A stretch of DNA of 64,000 nt, taken from positions 221,650,001-221,714,000 of the forward strand of contig OZ024743.1 of the NCBI GenBank assembly GCA_964016885.1. The letters are read 5' to 3'. Source of the DNA: Eledone cirrhosa (Eukaryota). Under the pieces are notes generated by a model. The model saw nothing but the letters and a program-made list of their open reading frames with translations. It was not told the DNA's origin and ran no database searches. The position numbers and the translations under genes are program-made. Below are positions 14,576 to 28,785 of this stretch, piece after piece; position 1 is the first letter of the stretch, and every line of letters begins with the position of its first letter.

Positions 14576-16146
14576 TTGACTCAACAAGAGGTTTACGTAG
14601 ATAACGAGTTTATGATTTCACTTGTATTCCTATGTAAGTTTATATTGGAGTAAGAAAATTGAAAAAGTGGAGAATAACATGGTCAACAGTACAAACAAGG
14701 GGATTTATTTGCAGTCTAACAATTGTTTCACTGATAGAGTTGTCTAAAAATTGCTGAACACTAAAAAAGCAGTGCCACTCAATTTTAAATACGATGTTAA
14801 CTCTATTAGATCTTCGGAAACTGTTAAAAATATATATGTGTTACCGGCAAATTTACAAATTCAAATTACATCATCAATAATAATATTAATAATAAAGATA
14901 TAGAGAGAAAAGGAGGAAAAAAGGGAGATAGATACAGTAAAGAAAGAAAGGAAAGGAAGGGGAAAGAAGAAGGAAAAAGAAAAAGAAAAAGAGAAAAAGA
15001 AGAAAAAGGAAAAATTATTATAGATAGAAATATAAAGAGAAGAAGATATATAAAAGATGATGGTAGATAGATTGTACCACTTGGATCTATTATGATATCA
15101 CATTATCAACATCATCATCATTATAATTATAACTATAATTATAATTATAATTATAATTATAATTATAATTATAATTGTCATCATCTATCAAAGAACAACA
15201 TCGAAACCTCTTATATTTACATTCATATTTACATTCATATTTACATTCTTATTTTATATATCTCTATTGTTCACTGATTATCTTTATATTTCCCTCCCTA
15301 AATTTATTTCCTCTCTGTCATTTTTATTATCATATAATATAACTTAAAACTAATTAATTTATTTATATATTAAATTGACCAATACACACATAAATATATT
15401 TAACATTATCATATTTTCACCTTATTATCTCTCCATATATCTCAACAATTCTCAAAAACCATTCTTAATAATTTTAATATGTTTAAATATTCTTCGCACA
15501 TTTTTACTCTTTTTACTCATTTTACGTACTTATTTTTATTCTTGATTTTTCACATTTTATACCATTTTATATCACATTAGATATAACTTATTTTTTATGT
15601 ATTTATTTATTTATTTATCTATTTTTTTATATATTTTTTTATATATTTTTTCATATATTTTTTATATATCTACTTTTATTTTTATTTACATTTATTCATG
15701 TATTAAGGTTTATTCATTTATTTGTCCCTCTATTCTTCTTTCTATCCTACGTTATTTCTACTTATGTTTGTCTCTCATCTATCTAGCATCATCTTCTATA
15801 TATCTTCTCTTTATATTTCTATCTATAATAATTTCTTCTTCTTTCTCCTTCATTTCCTTTCTTTCTTTACTATATCTATCTCCCTTTCTTCCCCCTTTTC
15901 TCTCTATATCTTTATTATTAATATTATTATTGATGATGTAATTTGAATTTGTAAATTTGCCGGTAACATATATATTTTTTTAACAGTTTCAGAAGATCTA
16001 AAAGAGTTAACATCGTATTTAAAATTGAGGACACTGCTTTTAGTGTTCAGCAATTTTTAGACAACTCTATCAGTGAAACAATTGTTAGACTGCAAATAAA
16101 TCCCCTTTTTTGTACTGTTGACCATGTTATTCTCCACTTTTTCTAT
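14576..16146. mobile_element. Older pLTR fold-back with ~400-bp arms and ~700-bp AT-rich spacer
   Basis: Imperfect inverted arms ~14657-15070 and ~15773-16146, each with a variant hammerhead; tail on the left. Confidence 0.8.
15984..16092 (+). ncRNA. Hammerhead with variant core CAGAAGA and long stem II (mirror 14712-14823 has CCGAAGA)
   Basis: Stem I CAGTTT/AGACTG; stem II closed by AGAGTT/AACTCT; GAAAC-AATT-GTT palindromic stem III. Confidence 0.65.
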
Positions 16147-16159
16147 TATATATATATAT

Positions 16160-16256
<97 letters not shown>

Positions 16257-16369
16257 AGTTATTCCGGGTTGAATCGGAGGTAACCACAGTAAGTAAGGTA
16301 CTCAATACATACCAGAGTATAAAAGTGTTAATATCGAAGGGTTTCTACAGGACTAGAACTGTTTCATTC

Positions 16370-16455
<86 letters not shown>

Positions 16456-16458
16456 TAT

Positions 16459-16490
<32 letters not shown>

Positions 16491-16574
16491 CATATATATA
16501 TACATATATATATATACATATATATATACATATATATATATATGCGTATATATATATATATACACACACACACG

Positions 16575-16690
<116 letters not shown>

Positions 16691-17048
16691 CACACCTATA
16701 TTTATACGCAGACATATTCCCATGAATATGTATAAATGCACAACATCATTTATCCATCTAAGCTAGCTAGCTATATTGATTTATCTGTTCCTATAGCTCA
16801 ATAATCTACCAGTTGGTCCTTAGACTGCCAAAACAACCTGCTGATTACAAGCTATTAATGTCCTATAATCAAACGACATCTATATTTAATATTTCCCGTG
16901 ACAAACTTTTAATTTATTGTATAGCATATATATATATATAAATATATATATATATATCACAAACACTCGTTGATTCCATAGTAACTTCGCACGACTGCAA
17001 CATATCATTCCGATGTCTTCTTTTTACTCAGATTAAGGCCAATATACA

Positions 17049-17149
17049 CAGGTTGTCCCCAAAAATTGTATACACACTTGAACAGCATTCTATTAAATAT
17101 TGCCTCTACAGATAATCAAAGTGTGTATACATTTTCTGGGGACACTCTG
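17049..17149. mobile_element. Tc1/mariner-type mini MITE (sister 21360-21441)
   Basis: TIRs CAGGTTGTCCCC..TGTATACACAC / GTGTGTATACA..GGGGACACTCTG|TA. Confidence 0.65.
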
Positions 17150-17238
17150 TAAATATATATATATATATAAAGAGTCGAGGCCCATTATTCGAGACTACTG
17201 AATAATGGTCTTACTAGTTTAAAACTGGTTAAATCCTG

Positions 17239-17370
<132 letters not shown>

Positions 17371-17989
17371 CTGTTTATGTGTGGGTGTATATATATAATG
17401 TTACGTATCGCAAACTGGCAACACAGGCTAATGCAAATCCAATTCTAACTTTCTCTATTTGTCGCTCTTTCTTCTCTTTCCCTCACTCCGTCTTATGATA
17501 TTTTATTCTAAAATTGAATTTATGAGCATATGTCATTTTCTGAAGACAAATGTGTAAACTCCTAGACTTAATAATGGCTTCTTACTAAATCATATGTCGA
17601 AATATTCTATTGTCAAGCTACAGGTGATATTTTTAGTCTTTATTGTAATTACTTTTAAAACCCTTTTTATGTGCTCCAAGACCAGTGAGGGTGTGAGGAA
17701 CGAGGAAATATCCTAAAACCAGATAACCCAGTTTGAATGCTTGCAGCTTAGTAGACGCCGCTAAAAATAAACCCTAATGATAAGGTGTTGGTCTTAAATC
17801 GGTACCACTGCTTAATTACATTAGCATTACTGTGTTTAGTGGATCATGAAAGTGTGTATGTCAAAGTAAAAACTCAAGATCAAGCAGGACTTGAACTTGG
17901 GTAAGTAGAAACACTAAATTAAAGTGCGGTAATGCGATTTACCATGTTGCCCTATCAAATATGCCAACACGTAAGCCTGAATGCTCATT

Positions 17990-18370
17990 TAACATGGGAG
18001 GTTGCCTTTAAGCGGTCATTCGGTCAACTGAAAATATCAGCCCAAATCCCCTCAGATCATACAGTGTGTGTGTGTGTGTGTGTGTGTGTACTGGACCTCT
18101 ATAGATTCCAATAGTAAGTATTTCAGTTGTTTGATCAACGTGAAATTAACCGGCAAGTGGCTAAGGATTCCACAGACACGTGTACTCCTAACGTAATCCT
18201 CAGGGACAGTCAGTGTGACACAATATGTGATAAGGTTGCCCTTTGAATTACAGATACAACACCTTTTTGCTAGCTAGGTGGACTGGAGCAATATGAAATA
18301 AAGTGTCTTGCTGAAGAACACAACGAAGGGCACCACCAGGAACTGAATTCAACCTAAGCACTAAACCATA
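17990..18370 (-). mobile_element. Older SINE of a second family
   Basis: GGACTGGAGCAA..AAATAAAGTGTCTTGCT.AAG.ACACAAC, a typical reversed SINE core. Confidence 0.55.
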
Positions 18371-18881
18371 ATATAGTGATGTAAATAGTGTACAGTTCTA
18401 TATCTTGATCCAACCCGTTTAATATAATGTGAATAGGGAAGAAGATAAAATAAATTAAATGTAAAAGACCTTTAACTATTGCTGAAGTCGTAGGAACGTC
18501 ATATTGGCTAATGTAAACCTGCCATAGCCCATCACACACCATGTCGGAAGTCACCCGATTTCTTCCAGGTAAAGAGAGAAAGTGATAAAGAGGAAGCATC
18601 AACTCCAATACAGGTACCTTTATTTATCAACCCCAAAATAATGAAAAGCAAAGTTGACTTCGATGGGACCTGAAATCAGAGAACAGTCATCTAGAATAAA
18701 TAGCATGACATTCTTAATCCAGCGCCCTAACCACTTAGCCAATTCGCCGCCTTATGAAAGACGATACTTTATCAAAAGAAAAAGAATACACGACATCTAG
18801 AAAAAAAGAATGTATATATATATATAGCTTAAAGCAGGTGAGAGAAATAGCTGAAAATGATACTTGGACTAAATATATATA

Positions 18882-18970
<89 letters not shown>

Positions 18971-19026
18971 CGTTTCTGAATTTGTTTAGCAATATTCTTA
19001 TTGGCAACATGACCCTCCCAAAGTAT

Positions 19027-19093
<67 letters not shown>

Positions 19094-20928
19094 TATATGT
19101 TACTAAGAATTGGAATTTCAGCTACTTCCTTCACCTGCTTTAAGCTATATATATATGTGTGTGTGTGGGGGGGGGGGGTTAGCTTAAAGCATGTGAAAGA
19201 AATAGCTGAAATTTGAATACGTAGTAACTTATGTAGTTTCTTTTATTATTTATTTATGTTGCTGTTCTTTTTTTTTTTTTAAGAAATGAGTTTGTGACAT
19301 GTAGATTTGATAAGAAAGAGAGATAATCAGATTATGACAATAGCTATCAGTTTACCGTACAACATTGAGGTTTCTGTAACAGCCGATAAACTAATGCATA
19401 GTAAAATATAAACATAGAAAGTTGATGAGTCATATTGTACAACTGACTACTGGGACTATAAATATAAAGTTTATGAGGCCTTTCTCCGGTTTAGTAAATT
19501 AATGCAAATATTCAATGATATTTCTTCAGCTTACAATATGAATTTAAATTGATCATTAGCAAAAAGGATATGACATAAAAAATGAAAAAAAAACCTCCAC
19601 TCTATTTCCATAAATGACCTTGTATTTTTGTTTGTTTTGTATCGGTTTGCTTCTACGTTTGGAAAAAAACAACAAATCGTTAAAAGAATTTACGAGATAT
19701 TCTCACTTGTTACTAAGGCAGGCTTTTGCTGAAGAACGAAAAAAATACAGTGAACAGCGTTGTTGATTTATTAAGTATATTTGTTCCAAATGATGGGTAT
19801 TTCAAATCAGATTCTTTGCGATTCGATTTCTGTTTTGCATTCCCAAGATAAATCTTTGTTTTCTTTTCTGCCTTGTTTGGGGTGGTTGTTGAGAGAAGCA
19901 AGGAATTACAAATCAGGATCAAAATTCCATTGCGCTATTTCTTCGTATTTCTTGGTAGTTTATATATTTTTACAGATTTTTTTTATATTGATGAATGCAA
20001 GTGGCCTGGTGGTTATGGTGATGGGTTCACAATTTTATGAACGTAGGTTCGATTGTGAGTGGGGGACGCATCACATCTTCGAGCATTTTGTCTATTTCAT
20101 ATTTCCCCCACTTCACTTAGTCAAATTAGAGTAGCTGAACATTAACCTTGTGACCGGTTGACGTCCCGTCTGGATAGAAATTTTGTACTCCAAGTCGCGT
20201 AACGCCCATAAAACCGGGATAAGCTCCGGGGCACATCCAGCTCTTTGCAAACACGAAAAAAAAATGGTGTAAAGCAATAACACACACGTGTAAAACATTA
20301 TATCCCTTCACCACTATAACATCTCACTCCCTTGCACCGGAATTTTCCATTCGAACCGCAAACGTCGAAACATACAGCACTTGGCATCCTATCTATATTG
20401 GGTTGATTTTGGAAAGAAGAAACGACTGGATGAAAACAGGAATTATTTCCAAAGATGAGAGAAAGGTTAGTCTTTGGTATGACGATAACGTCATTTATCC
20501 ACAAGACATGGAGGTCTTGAAAATGATCGAGAGAGCTGCCATTCTACCAATGATGAATGTATCCCCTTTGTTACCTTATACTTCAGATTAACCAAGATGA
20601 TCTCAATTTTCAGTTTTTACTTGACATCAGCAGATCTGTTCATACATTGAAAGCTTATTGAGCTCTCTTGCCTCTAACTTCTCTTCATTTACTTTACAAC
20701 AGCCACGTCTTAACAATCACACACACAGCTGCTGTCATCATCTCCCTATGTGATTTCGTTTTTTGTTTTTTTGTTTTTTTCCCCTATTCTACACGTTTTC
20801 TTCTCTCTACCATCTGATGCACAGCGAAACGTTTCCTTACTCCTGATTGTTAAATTATTATTCTCAATTTTTACCGTATTCTGTCATGATTTCATTTTTG
20901 CTTTTTCTATCCTTTCGCTCTCTCTCTA

Positions 20929-21033
<105 letters not shown>

Positions 21034-21035
21034 AA

Positions 21036-21336
21036 GGAGTGTAACGTTAAGTTACTGTAGGTTCACTCAGGTTAGCACTCGATGTTTAGGTTCACGTCAG
21101 TAGCGAGGTGTAGAGCTAAACAGAGTGTAGTATAATAATACAAGGACGATTTGTTAAGCCTTTGTTACGTTTATTGATTGGTGACGCTCATTACTACAAC
21201 AGAGGTCCGACGAGCTATTGATTCCAGAGTCGGGTCAGATCGATACAGATCGAACCTTGAGTTGATCAATAGCGAAACGCACGTCACCAATCAATAAACG
21301 TAATGAAGGCATAACAAATCGTCCTTGTATTATTTT
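21036..21336. mobile_element. Small pLTR fold-back with one hammerhead
   Basis: Arms ~21135-21186 and ~21281-21332; tail on the left; TA-rich flanks. Confidence 0.8.
21204..21288 (+). ncRNA. Hammerhead with variant core CCGACGA
   Basis: GGT/ACC stem I, GCTATTGAT/ATCAATAGC stem II, GAAAC-GCAC-GTC. Confidence 0.7.
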
Positions 21337-21714
21337 ATATATGTATATATGTATATATACAGAGTGTCCCAAAAAATATACATGCCTTTATTAAAATGCT
21401 GTTATATGAAGTCTGTATATATATTTTTGGGGAGACCCTGGTACAATGTGGTAAAAAATACGAAGGGGAAATAATAACAAATGAAACATAACAAAGAAAA
21501 AGTAGTGTTTTACCGAGAGTATTTTATTTTACCATTATATTTCAGGGCTATTACTCTCTTTGCCATGGTAAAATAAAATATACTGGGTAAAATATTACTT
21601 TGTTTTGTTTTGTTTCATTTGTGATCATTTGCCGTTCGTATTTTCTACCACATTGTACCGGATTTTATAAAAAACATTATCGGTCTTTTACAACATATCT
21701 CACAATGACTACAC

Positions 21715-21810
<96 letters not shown>

Positions 21811-22049
21811 TTTTCTTTATTAACCACAAGGGTTTATATAAAGTAGACATTAAGGACAGTACAGGACAATACAGGACGGTACAAATGGGCATTTCTGCGT
21901 CTAAAAAAAACAGAGGATGTAATAAAATAACAAAGAAAAATTCCCCAATAGTGGGGAGACTTCCGAGGGACATTTGTGGAGAAAGCCCATTAAAAGACCA
22001 CAGTGACCCTGACCACCAGGGCAAGTGCCCTCTCCCAGTTTTCCACCTT

Positions 22050-25000
22050 TAATTTACAGACATATACTCAGAGTAGGCCCATTCACTCGGGCCATACTTG
22101 CTTCTCACACCCATCTTTCAACAAAATGCTGGGAAGAGAGCACTTCCCTCTCTACCCTGATTTTCCTTTTCAAATGAAATTTGAAAAAGTTAATCAGGGC
22201 ATCACCGAAGAGGTAACTGCTCGTCTTTAGCCCTTTCAAACGTGTCCACCATACTATCTCTTTCGCCATGGCCACCAGACAGATAAAAACTGCCTGCCCT
22301 TCCCGGCTAAAGGAGGAGGGCGGGGAAATCCTCACGATGGACTCAGCTGATAGCCGGATCCGTCCTACACGTTACAGCAGGTGTTCGACATAAACCCACA
22401 AGTCAGCAATACTCGGACACTGGACGAGTGCGTGCAGGACGGTTTCGTCGCCCTGCGCGCATCTCGGACATGCCCGGCTGACGGCACCTCAATGCCTGTA
22501 GAGTTTATGCTGAACTGGCAAAGCTCACCGGTAGCACTGGCAGGTCAGGGATTTCTGGAAGTTGTCCATAGGCCCGGCCCGAAAGTCCTTCCGAATAGAT
22601 TGGCTAGTTGATTTTCGTCGACGCCTCGAGTTTCTCCAAGTACGTCGTCGCTCTTCCCCTCCACTAATCCTCTATAGAACGCCGATTGGTCGAGGGCTGT
22701 GAGCGCCTGAAGACATTCCAGTCTCCAGGCGCTCCCTCTCGGTCTTCGCTTGACCCAGGACTGCAGCTCCGTCAAGGAAACGAGCTGGGGAAATACGCGT
22801 CTAGCAAACGGCGACCACACCTGATCACTGTCGAGGAAGAGGTGGAGATGTCGTAGCCTGAGCGCGTGTCTTCGCATCATCAGCCAAGTCATGCCCAGCC
22901 CTCCACGTAGCGGGTGTTGACAGCAGATGGACCGCCTGACCATCGGAGCGCGTCCCTTCCACAAAAAGCAAAAGAGCAAACGCTCCAGCGCAGTCAGGCG
23001 GGGCTTAGGACAACGTACGACGGTCAGGCGGTAGTAGATGACGGACGCGATGTACGCGTTAGCCACCTCCGCTCGACCTTTCAGGGATAGCTTCCTTTCC
23101 GTCCATTTCTGGGTGAGAGAAGCCACCCTGCTCGTCACCTCGTCCCAGTTTTTGTCCGTCTGGAGGTCCGGACCGAACCAGACCCCTAGCAATTTAACCG
23201 GTCCGTCCGTCCAGCGCCCGACGATGCTGTTGGACAGCATGGACCTGCCTCTCCAGGTTCCGAGCTGCAGGCCCACTGACTTTTCCTGGTTGATCATTGC
23301 TCCTGTCACCGCTTCGTATTCTCTTAGTGTAGTGCCGATCGCCTCGATGTGTTTGGCGTTCGACACCACTACGGTGACATCGTCCGCATATGCTGACACG
23401 GATCTTCCGCATCCTAGTTCGCGCGTGACGCCCTTCAACATCTCCAGTTTGTGCAGTAATGGCTCGAGAGTAAATACGTACAAGAAGGACGAGAGGGGAC
23501 ATCCTTGGCGGACTGAACGCATGATGTTGAACGGTTCCGAAAGGTGACCGTTTACTCTCACCACAGAGCAGATGTCGCTGTACATGGCAGCGATCCAGCC
23601 TCTGAAGACGGGCCCAAAGCCAGCCGCCCTCAGGACTGCCGCTAGGTAACGATGGTCGACCCTATCGAAAGCTTTCGACTGATCTAAATTGATCAAGGAC
23701 CCACCCGTGCCAGGTACCCTAGCTACCCTCTCTACGATGTATCGCATGAGGTGGAGGTTGTCGTGGATGGATCTGTCGGGAATGGCGCATGTCTGCGCCT
23801 CTCCCACCAGACCACCAACGACAAGCGCCAACCTCTTTGCTAGCACCTTGGCCAAAATCTTGAACTCTGTGTTTAGCAGAGTTATGGGCCTAAAATTATC
23901 TATGTTATCACACTTGTTCGGATCCTTTCTCAGCAGCGCCACCGCTCCTCGTCTCACAGAGCTGGGAATTCTCCCGTTCTGTTGCCAGTTGCATTAGACG
24001 TCCACCAAGAGGCCTCCGAACAAGTCTGGCATTTGTACGTAAAGTTCATAGGGCAGACCTTCCAAACCAGGCGATTTACCCCTTGTGCAGCCAGTCATTG
24101 ACTTCCGTATTTCAGCGGCTGTTATCGGCTTTTCGCAACACTCCGCCTCAGTGGCCGAGAGCCGCGGCAGTCCGTCGAGGTAGACACTAAAGTCCATCCC
24201 TCGATCCGGCCTGCCACTGCCCCCGAACAGTTGAGCGAAGTGTCACTGAAAAGCTTCACACATTTGCCCGGGATCGAGTAGCATGCGCCCGTCGTGGTCC
24301 ACCAAAGACCAGATCGTGGCTTTGTTGCCACGACGCGCCTCCGCCACTCGGGCCCATTGAACGGCTTTCGTTCCCTCGTGTCTGAGAGCACGCACCCTAG
24401 CTCTGACAACGCAACCTTCGTGCTTTGCATTGAAGAATTGGTCAAGGGCCAATTTCGCCGCAAGTACGTCGGTCGCGATGCCTTTGCAAAGCGCCTCGTC
24501 TAATTTTCTGACTAATTCTCCCTCTGCTCTATTTTTCTCTATTGCTAAAGCCTTACTAAACCTAATGGACTCTATTCTAATTGCTCTTGTCAGAGCAAAC
24601 CACCACTTGTTGTTGTTGACGATGGCCCCCGTCAACGCCCGCTTAACTAGTTCGCTAATCCGGTCTCTGTAGGCCTTGCGCGCTGGTAAGGACGCGTTTA
24701 GCTTCCAGTAGCCGGGTCCTCGTCTATGAAGCCTATCTAAGTCAAGCACACAGATCACGAATTTGTGGTCCGTGTAGCTGACTATCTTGAATTGTGGACA
24801 GCCTATGCTAGACCTATCTATTTCCCTACAAAATACTCTATCTAGATATGATCTGGATGAGCCTATGCGATTTGTCCAAGTCCAAATTGGTACATTCGGG
24901 AAATCCAATCGGTACCTGTCAGACAGTTCAAAACGCCTGAGCAGGTTGGTGAGACTCTTGCACCCTCCTCCCCTATCCACTAATCCCACACAATCCCAGC

Positions 25001-25450
25001 GAGCATCTAAGATCCCGTTCCAGTCGCCCACTAACACTAAAGAGCGGGACGTTCCGAGAAAGGACTCCAGACGCCGGAAGAAATCAGGCCGCCCTGCTCC
25101 TGTCGGGGCATAGACGGCCACTAACCTGAAAGCTTGCCCGTCTCCGCTGGTCACGTCCAGCACCACCAACTTACCTTCTGGGTCCAGGAAGATGGCCCGT
25201 ATGGCAAGATCTAAACCTCTCCTAAAAAGCACAGCAACTCCTCCCCCCCCCCCCATCCCGGACGGCTGGGAGATGCGTACACATCGTAGCCGCCGAAGAT
25301 CGGTGCGAAGGCCCGTGCTTCGGAGATTCTGGTCTCGCTGATGGCCACTACATCTATGTTTAGTGACCTGAGGTCGTTGAGCAGGTGGCCCTGCTTCCAT
25401 GACGACCCCAAGCCACGCGCATTTATGCTACCTATTCTGAGTGAGGTCAT
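22050..25450 (-). pseudogene. ORF2: APE endonuclease + reverse transcriptase (frameshifts and stops)
   Basis: MTSLRIGSINARGL, ISETR, LVGDWN, SYLDR, YTDH, KSPGLEGLP, FRPITLLN, DQSKAFDRVD, VRQGCPLS, AYADD spread over several frames. Confidence 0.93.
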
Positions 25451-25484
25451 GTTGAAAAGGAGTGGAAAAGATGGGAAAGACCAC

Positions 25485-27310
25485 TTACCATACTTCTCGT
25501 AGAGGAAGGACGGTTTTTCCATCCTTTTCACTGATTGTGGCCTCCTCAGGAAGGATGTCCTTATAAATCCTCCTGGAGAGTGCTTGTCGGAAGTCTCCGA
25601 TGTCTTTGGGGAATTTTTGTTTTAGTGTCATGTACGTTTTCTGTGTGATGCGAGTGATTTGTATGTGTGGAGGTGGTGTGAATTTTTGGGTTGTTGTGTA
25701 GTCTTTTTCTGTGATGTTGGTGTTGTGTTGGATGTAGTGTAATAATTGGTTGTTGTTCAAATTTAATGCTGTGTAGTGTGTATCGTTTTGGTTGTTTCGT
25801 TTTGTTTGCGTTTGTTGTGGGTTTGTTTCTGTTTCGCATTTTGGTGACTTTTGTGGTGTAGGTGATGGTGGTGTTGGGGTTAATGATGGTGATGGTGTTG
25901 GTGTTTGGGGTGATGGGGTTGGTGATGCTGGTGTGGATGGTGGCATATCTGTCCTAACTTTTTTGTTTGTTAATTTATTTGTTTCCCTCTGTATTTTGTT
26001 TTTGGAGGGGGAAGGAAGAGAATTTTTGTCTTTTTTGGTTTCTTTTTTTTTTTTCCTGATACCGTTTCCCACTCCTCGTCGTCACAATCTGTCTCCAGTT
26101 GTGATAGGCCGAGGAGTGGAAAATCCTCCACAAGCGTTAGTTTTGGTTGTGGCGTGGTAGATGGTGTAGGCGCTGGTGCTAGTTCTGAAGCGTTGGGTGG
26201 TGGTGGTGTTGGTTTTGCTGGTGGTGGTGGTGGTGTTGGTTTTGCTACTGTTGCTGGGGTTGTTGCTGTTATAGTTGCTTCTGTTGTTGCTGCTTCAGTT
26301 GTTGCTGTCATCTCTGCTACTGGTGGTGTTGATGGTTGAGTCATTGGGGTGGGTAGGAGAGGTGGCCTCAACCTTTTAGCCTGAGGGCAGAAAGCCCTTA
26401 GGTGGGTTCCTTCACCACAAACGACACACCTAGGCCTTCTTCTCTCGACAATTGCGGTGAGGTGGCTGCCGTCAGTGAGGTCTATTACCTCTGGGATCTC
26501 CTCAATGCTTTTTTGGTCCGTTTGAATCAGGAGCTCCATCCCAGATCCGGACCAGTCTCCTGCTTTTCTTTTGCTATTGCTATTATCTTTGTGTTGGCTT
26601 CGATGCCGGCGAGGACGGCCGCTATTAGCCAGGGAATTTCGATGGCCAGTGGAACGTGGGTCATCCTGATCTTCACGAGTCTCTGGCCACAATAGCTTGG
26701 GACGAGTATGAAGTCGTCACTTCTTAATGGCGCCATGGAGTGTTCTCTAGCCTCCTCTGATGTTTCAAAGAACACGTCCACGGTTCCATACTTCTGCCCA
26801 CGTCTGATGTGGGTTTTTCTTGCCCACACATGTCCCAAAGCTTTTTGGATTTGCGACTCGGATGCCCGTTCCACTCGGCGCGATTTTACATTAATTGTTC
26901 GATACGACACGGTACATAGGCGCCGATGCTCCATTTTATTAGGTGGGGGGGCTGACCCTGTACCCATCTTTCTTTACCATTTTGGGGGCATTTTCTAAAT
27001 CCTCCTGAGTTACCGTAAATGCTTCGCACTGTTTTGCTACTCTGGCAAAACTCAGGGTGGTTTTTTTAATGTCATTGTTGCTGTTGTTGTTATCGTTATT
27101 TTTGTTATTATTAATTTTAGTTTCAGTTGTAGTGGTGGTGACGTCAGTGGTGTTCGGTATGGATGAGTCCATTTTGGTTGAAAACATTTCGACATCACGA
27201 GTTGATTTATTTTTTCCTTTTGTTTCTGTTGTCGCGGTGGTGGTGGGGGTGGGGGTTGTCGCGGTGGTGGTGGTGGTGGTGGCGGCTTTAACACCTGCAG
27301 TCATTGGCAA
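25485..27310 (-). pseudogene. ORF1: RRM-like region, CCHC zinc knuckle, Pro/Thr-rich tail (frameshifted)
   Basis: CVVCGEGTHLRAFC (Cx2Cx4Hx4C); lies directly upstream of ORF2. Confidence 0.8.
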
Positions 27311-27319
27311 TGGCGGGAA

Positions 27320-28535
27320 ATGAATGTTCGGAGAGTAAGGAGCGTATTAAAGTCACATCTGAACAGTAGGAATGCCATAAGTGCAGTAAATTCCCGAGCT
27401 GTGTCTATTATTAGGTACAGTCCGGGAATTCTGAGATGGAATATTGCTGAACAAAAAGAAATGGATAGGAAGACTAGGAAGCTATTGACTATCTACAACA
27501 TGTTCCACAAGAGGAGTGATATCGATAGACTCTACTTAAGGAGATCTGAAGGTGGAAGAGGTCTTATCAGCATAGAGTACTGTGTTCAGATGGAGAAAAA
27601 CAACCTACACAAATACGTGACTGATAGTAAGGAGCCAATGTTCAGAACTGTACTGAAGGAGAGGACAATAGACCAGGGGATGTCCAAGGAGGAAATAACA
27701 AGGAGAAAGAGCAGCCTTCATGAAAAATCCCTTCATAGTACCTTCTTTGAGAAAACTGAATTCAGAGATCCACAGACATGGAACTGGTTGAAAAGAGGAG
27801 ACCTTAAAAAGGCTACAGAAGGAATGTTAATGGCTGCGCAAGAGCAGGCCCTCAAAACGAAGTGGTTGAAACACCATATTTACAATGAGGAGGCTAGCCC
27901 ACTGTGCAGGATCTGTGGAGAGAGAGAGGAGACTGTGGCTCACATTGTATCCGAGTGTAAACACCTAGCCCAGACTCACTATAAGGGTTGGAGACATGAT
28001 GTGATGGGCAGGGTGATCCACTGGCACCTATGCAAAGTAAACAATTTACCACATTCTGAGAAGTGGTATGAGCATAAGCCAGAGTCGGTGATAGAAAACG
28101 ATCAGGTGAAGGTGCTGTGGGATTTTAGGATACAGACGGACAAGAAACTGGAACACAATAGACCAGACCTGGTGGTTTTGGACAAAGAAAAAAGATTGTG
28201 CCTGATTGTGGATGTGGCCTGAGAAGGAGAGGGAGAAAATTAACCGATACCAGGACTTAAAGTGGGAGGTAAAAAGGATTTGGATCTGCCATGAAGTCAA
28301 AGTGGTCCCGATTGTCATAGGCGCACTAGGTACTATCTCAAAAAGTTTCCAGGGATGGTTAAAGAAAATTGGCCCCGCCACGCTTTTTGGAACGCTTCAA
28401 AAGGCATGCTTGCTGGGAAGAGCAAGAACCCTCCGATACGTCCTGAATATCTGAGGCTGCAGGTAGTGGCTTGATATTCATTTCAACAAACTTTCCAGTT
28501 AACTAACATCAATGACTGAGACTCAAAGAACAATA
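27320..28535 (+). mobile_element. 5'-truncated R4/Dong-like LINE (RT thumb, CCHC, restriction-like endonuclease)
   Basis: RLYLRRSEGGRGL, CRICGEREETVAHIVSEC, RHD, RPDLVVLD..IVDVA, EKINRYQDL; one frameshift near 28220. Confidence 0.9.
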
Positions 28536-28749
28536 GGCTACAGTATCGTTAAAAAGGATAGCAAGAAGAGGTGTAAAGTGCTGCGATACAGAATATTACA
28601 TGCCAAAAGCGGATGCGTATGTGCTCAATGCTTGGGTTATGAGGGTTAAATATTAGAGAAAGTTTGGGCGAAATACGTGTAAGGGCTATATAAAGATATG
28701 TTTTAACGGCTTGTAACTCTTTCATTCACTAATTCCTTTGCTTATATTA

Positions 28750-28785
<36 letters not shown>

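Larger units (their letters stand above)
21810..27318 (-). mobile_element. Tx1/L1-clade non-LTR retrotransposon, near full length, decayed
   Basis: ORF1 and ORF2 remnants; the 3' end AATAAAGAAAAC runs into (ATT)n at 21772-21809. Confidence 0.92.

Noticed and set aside
20298-20640. Complex-looking stretch with short ORFs, possible host exon
   Set aside because: No recognisable domain or clear splice boundaries; needs a BLAST or RNA-seq check.
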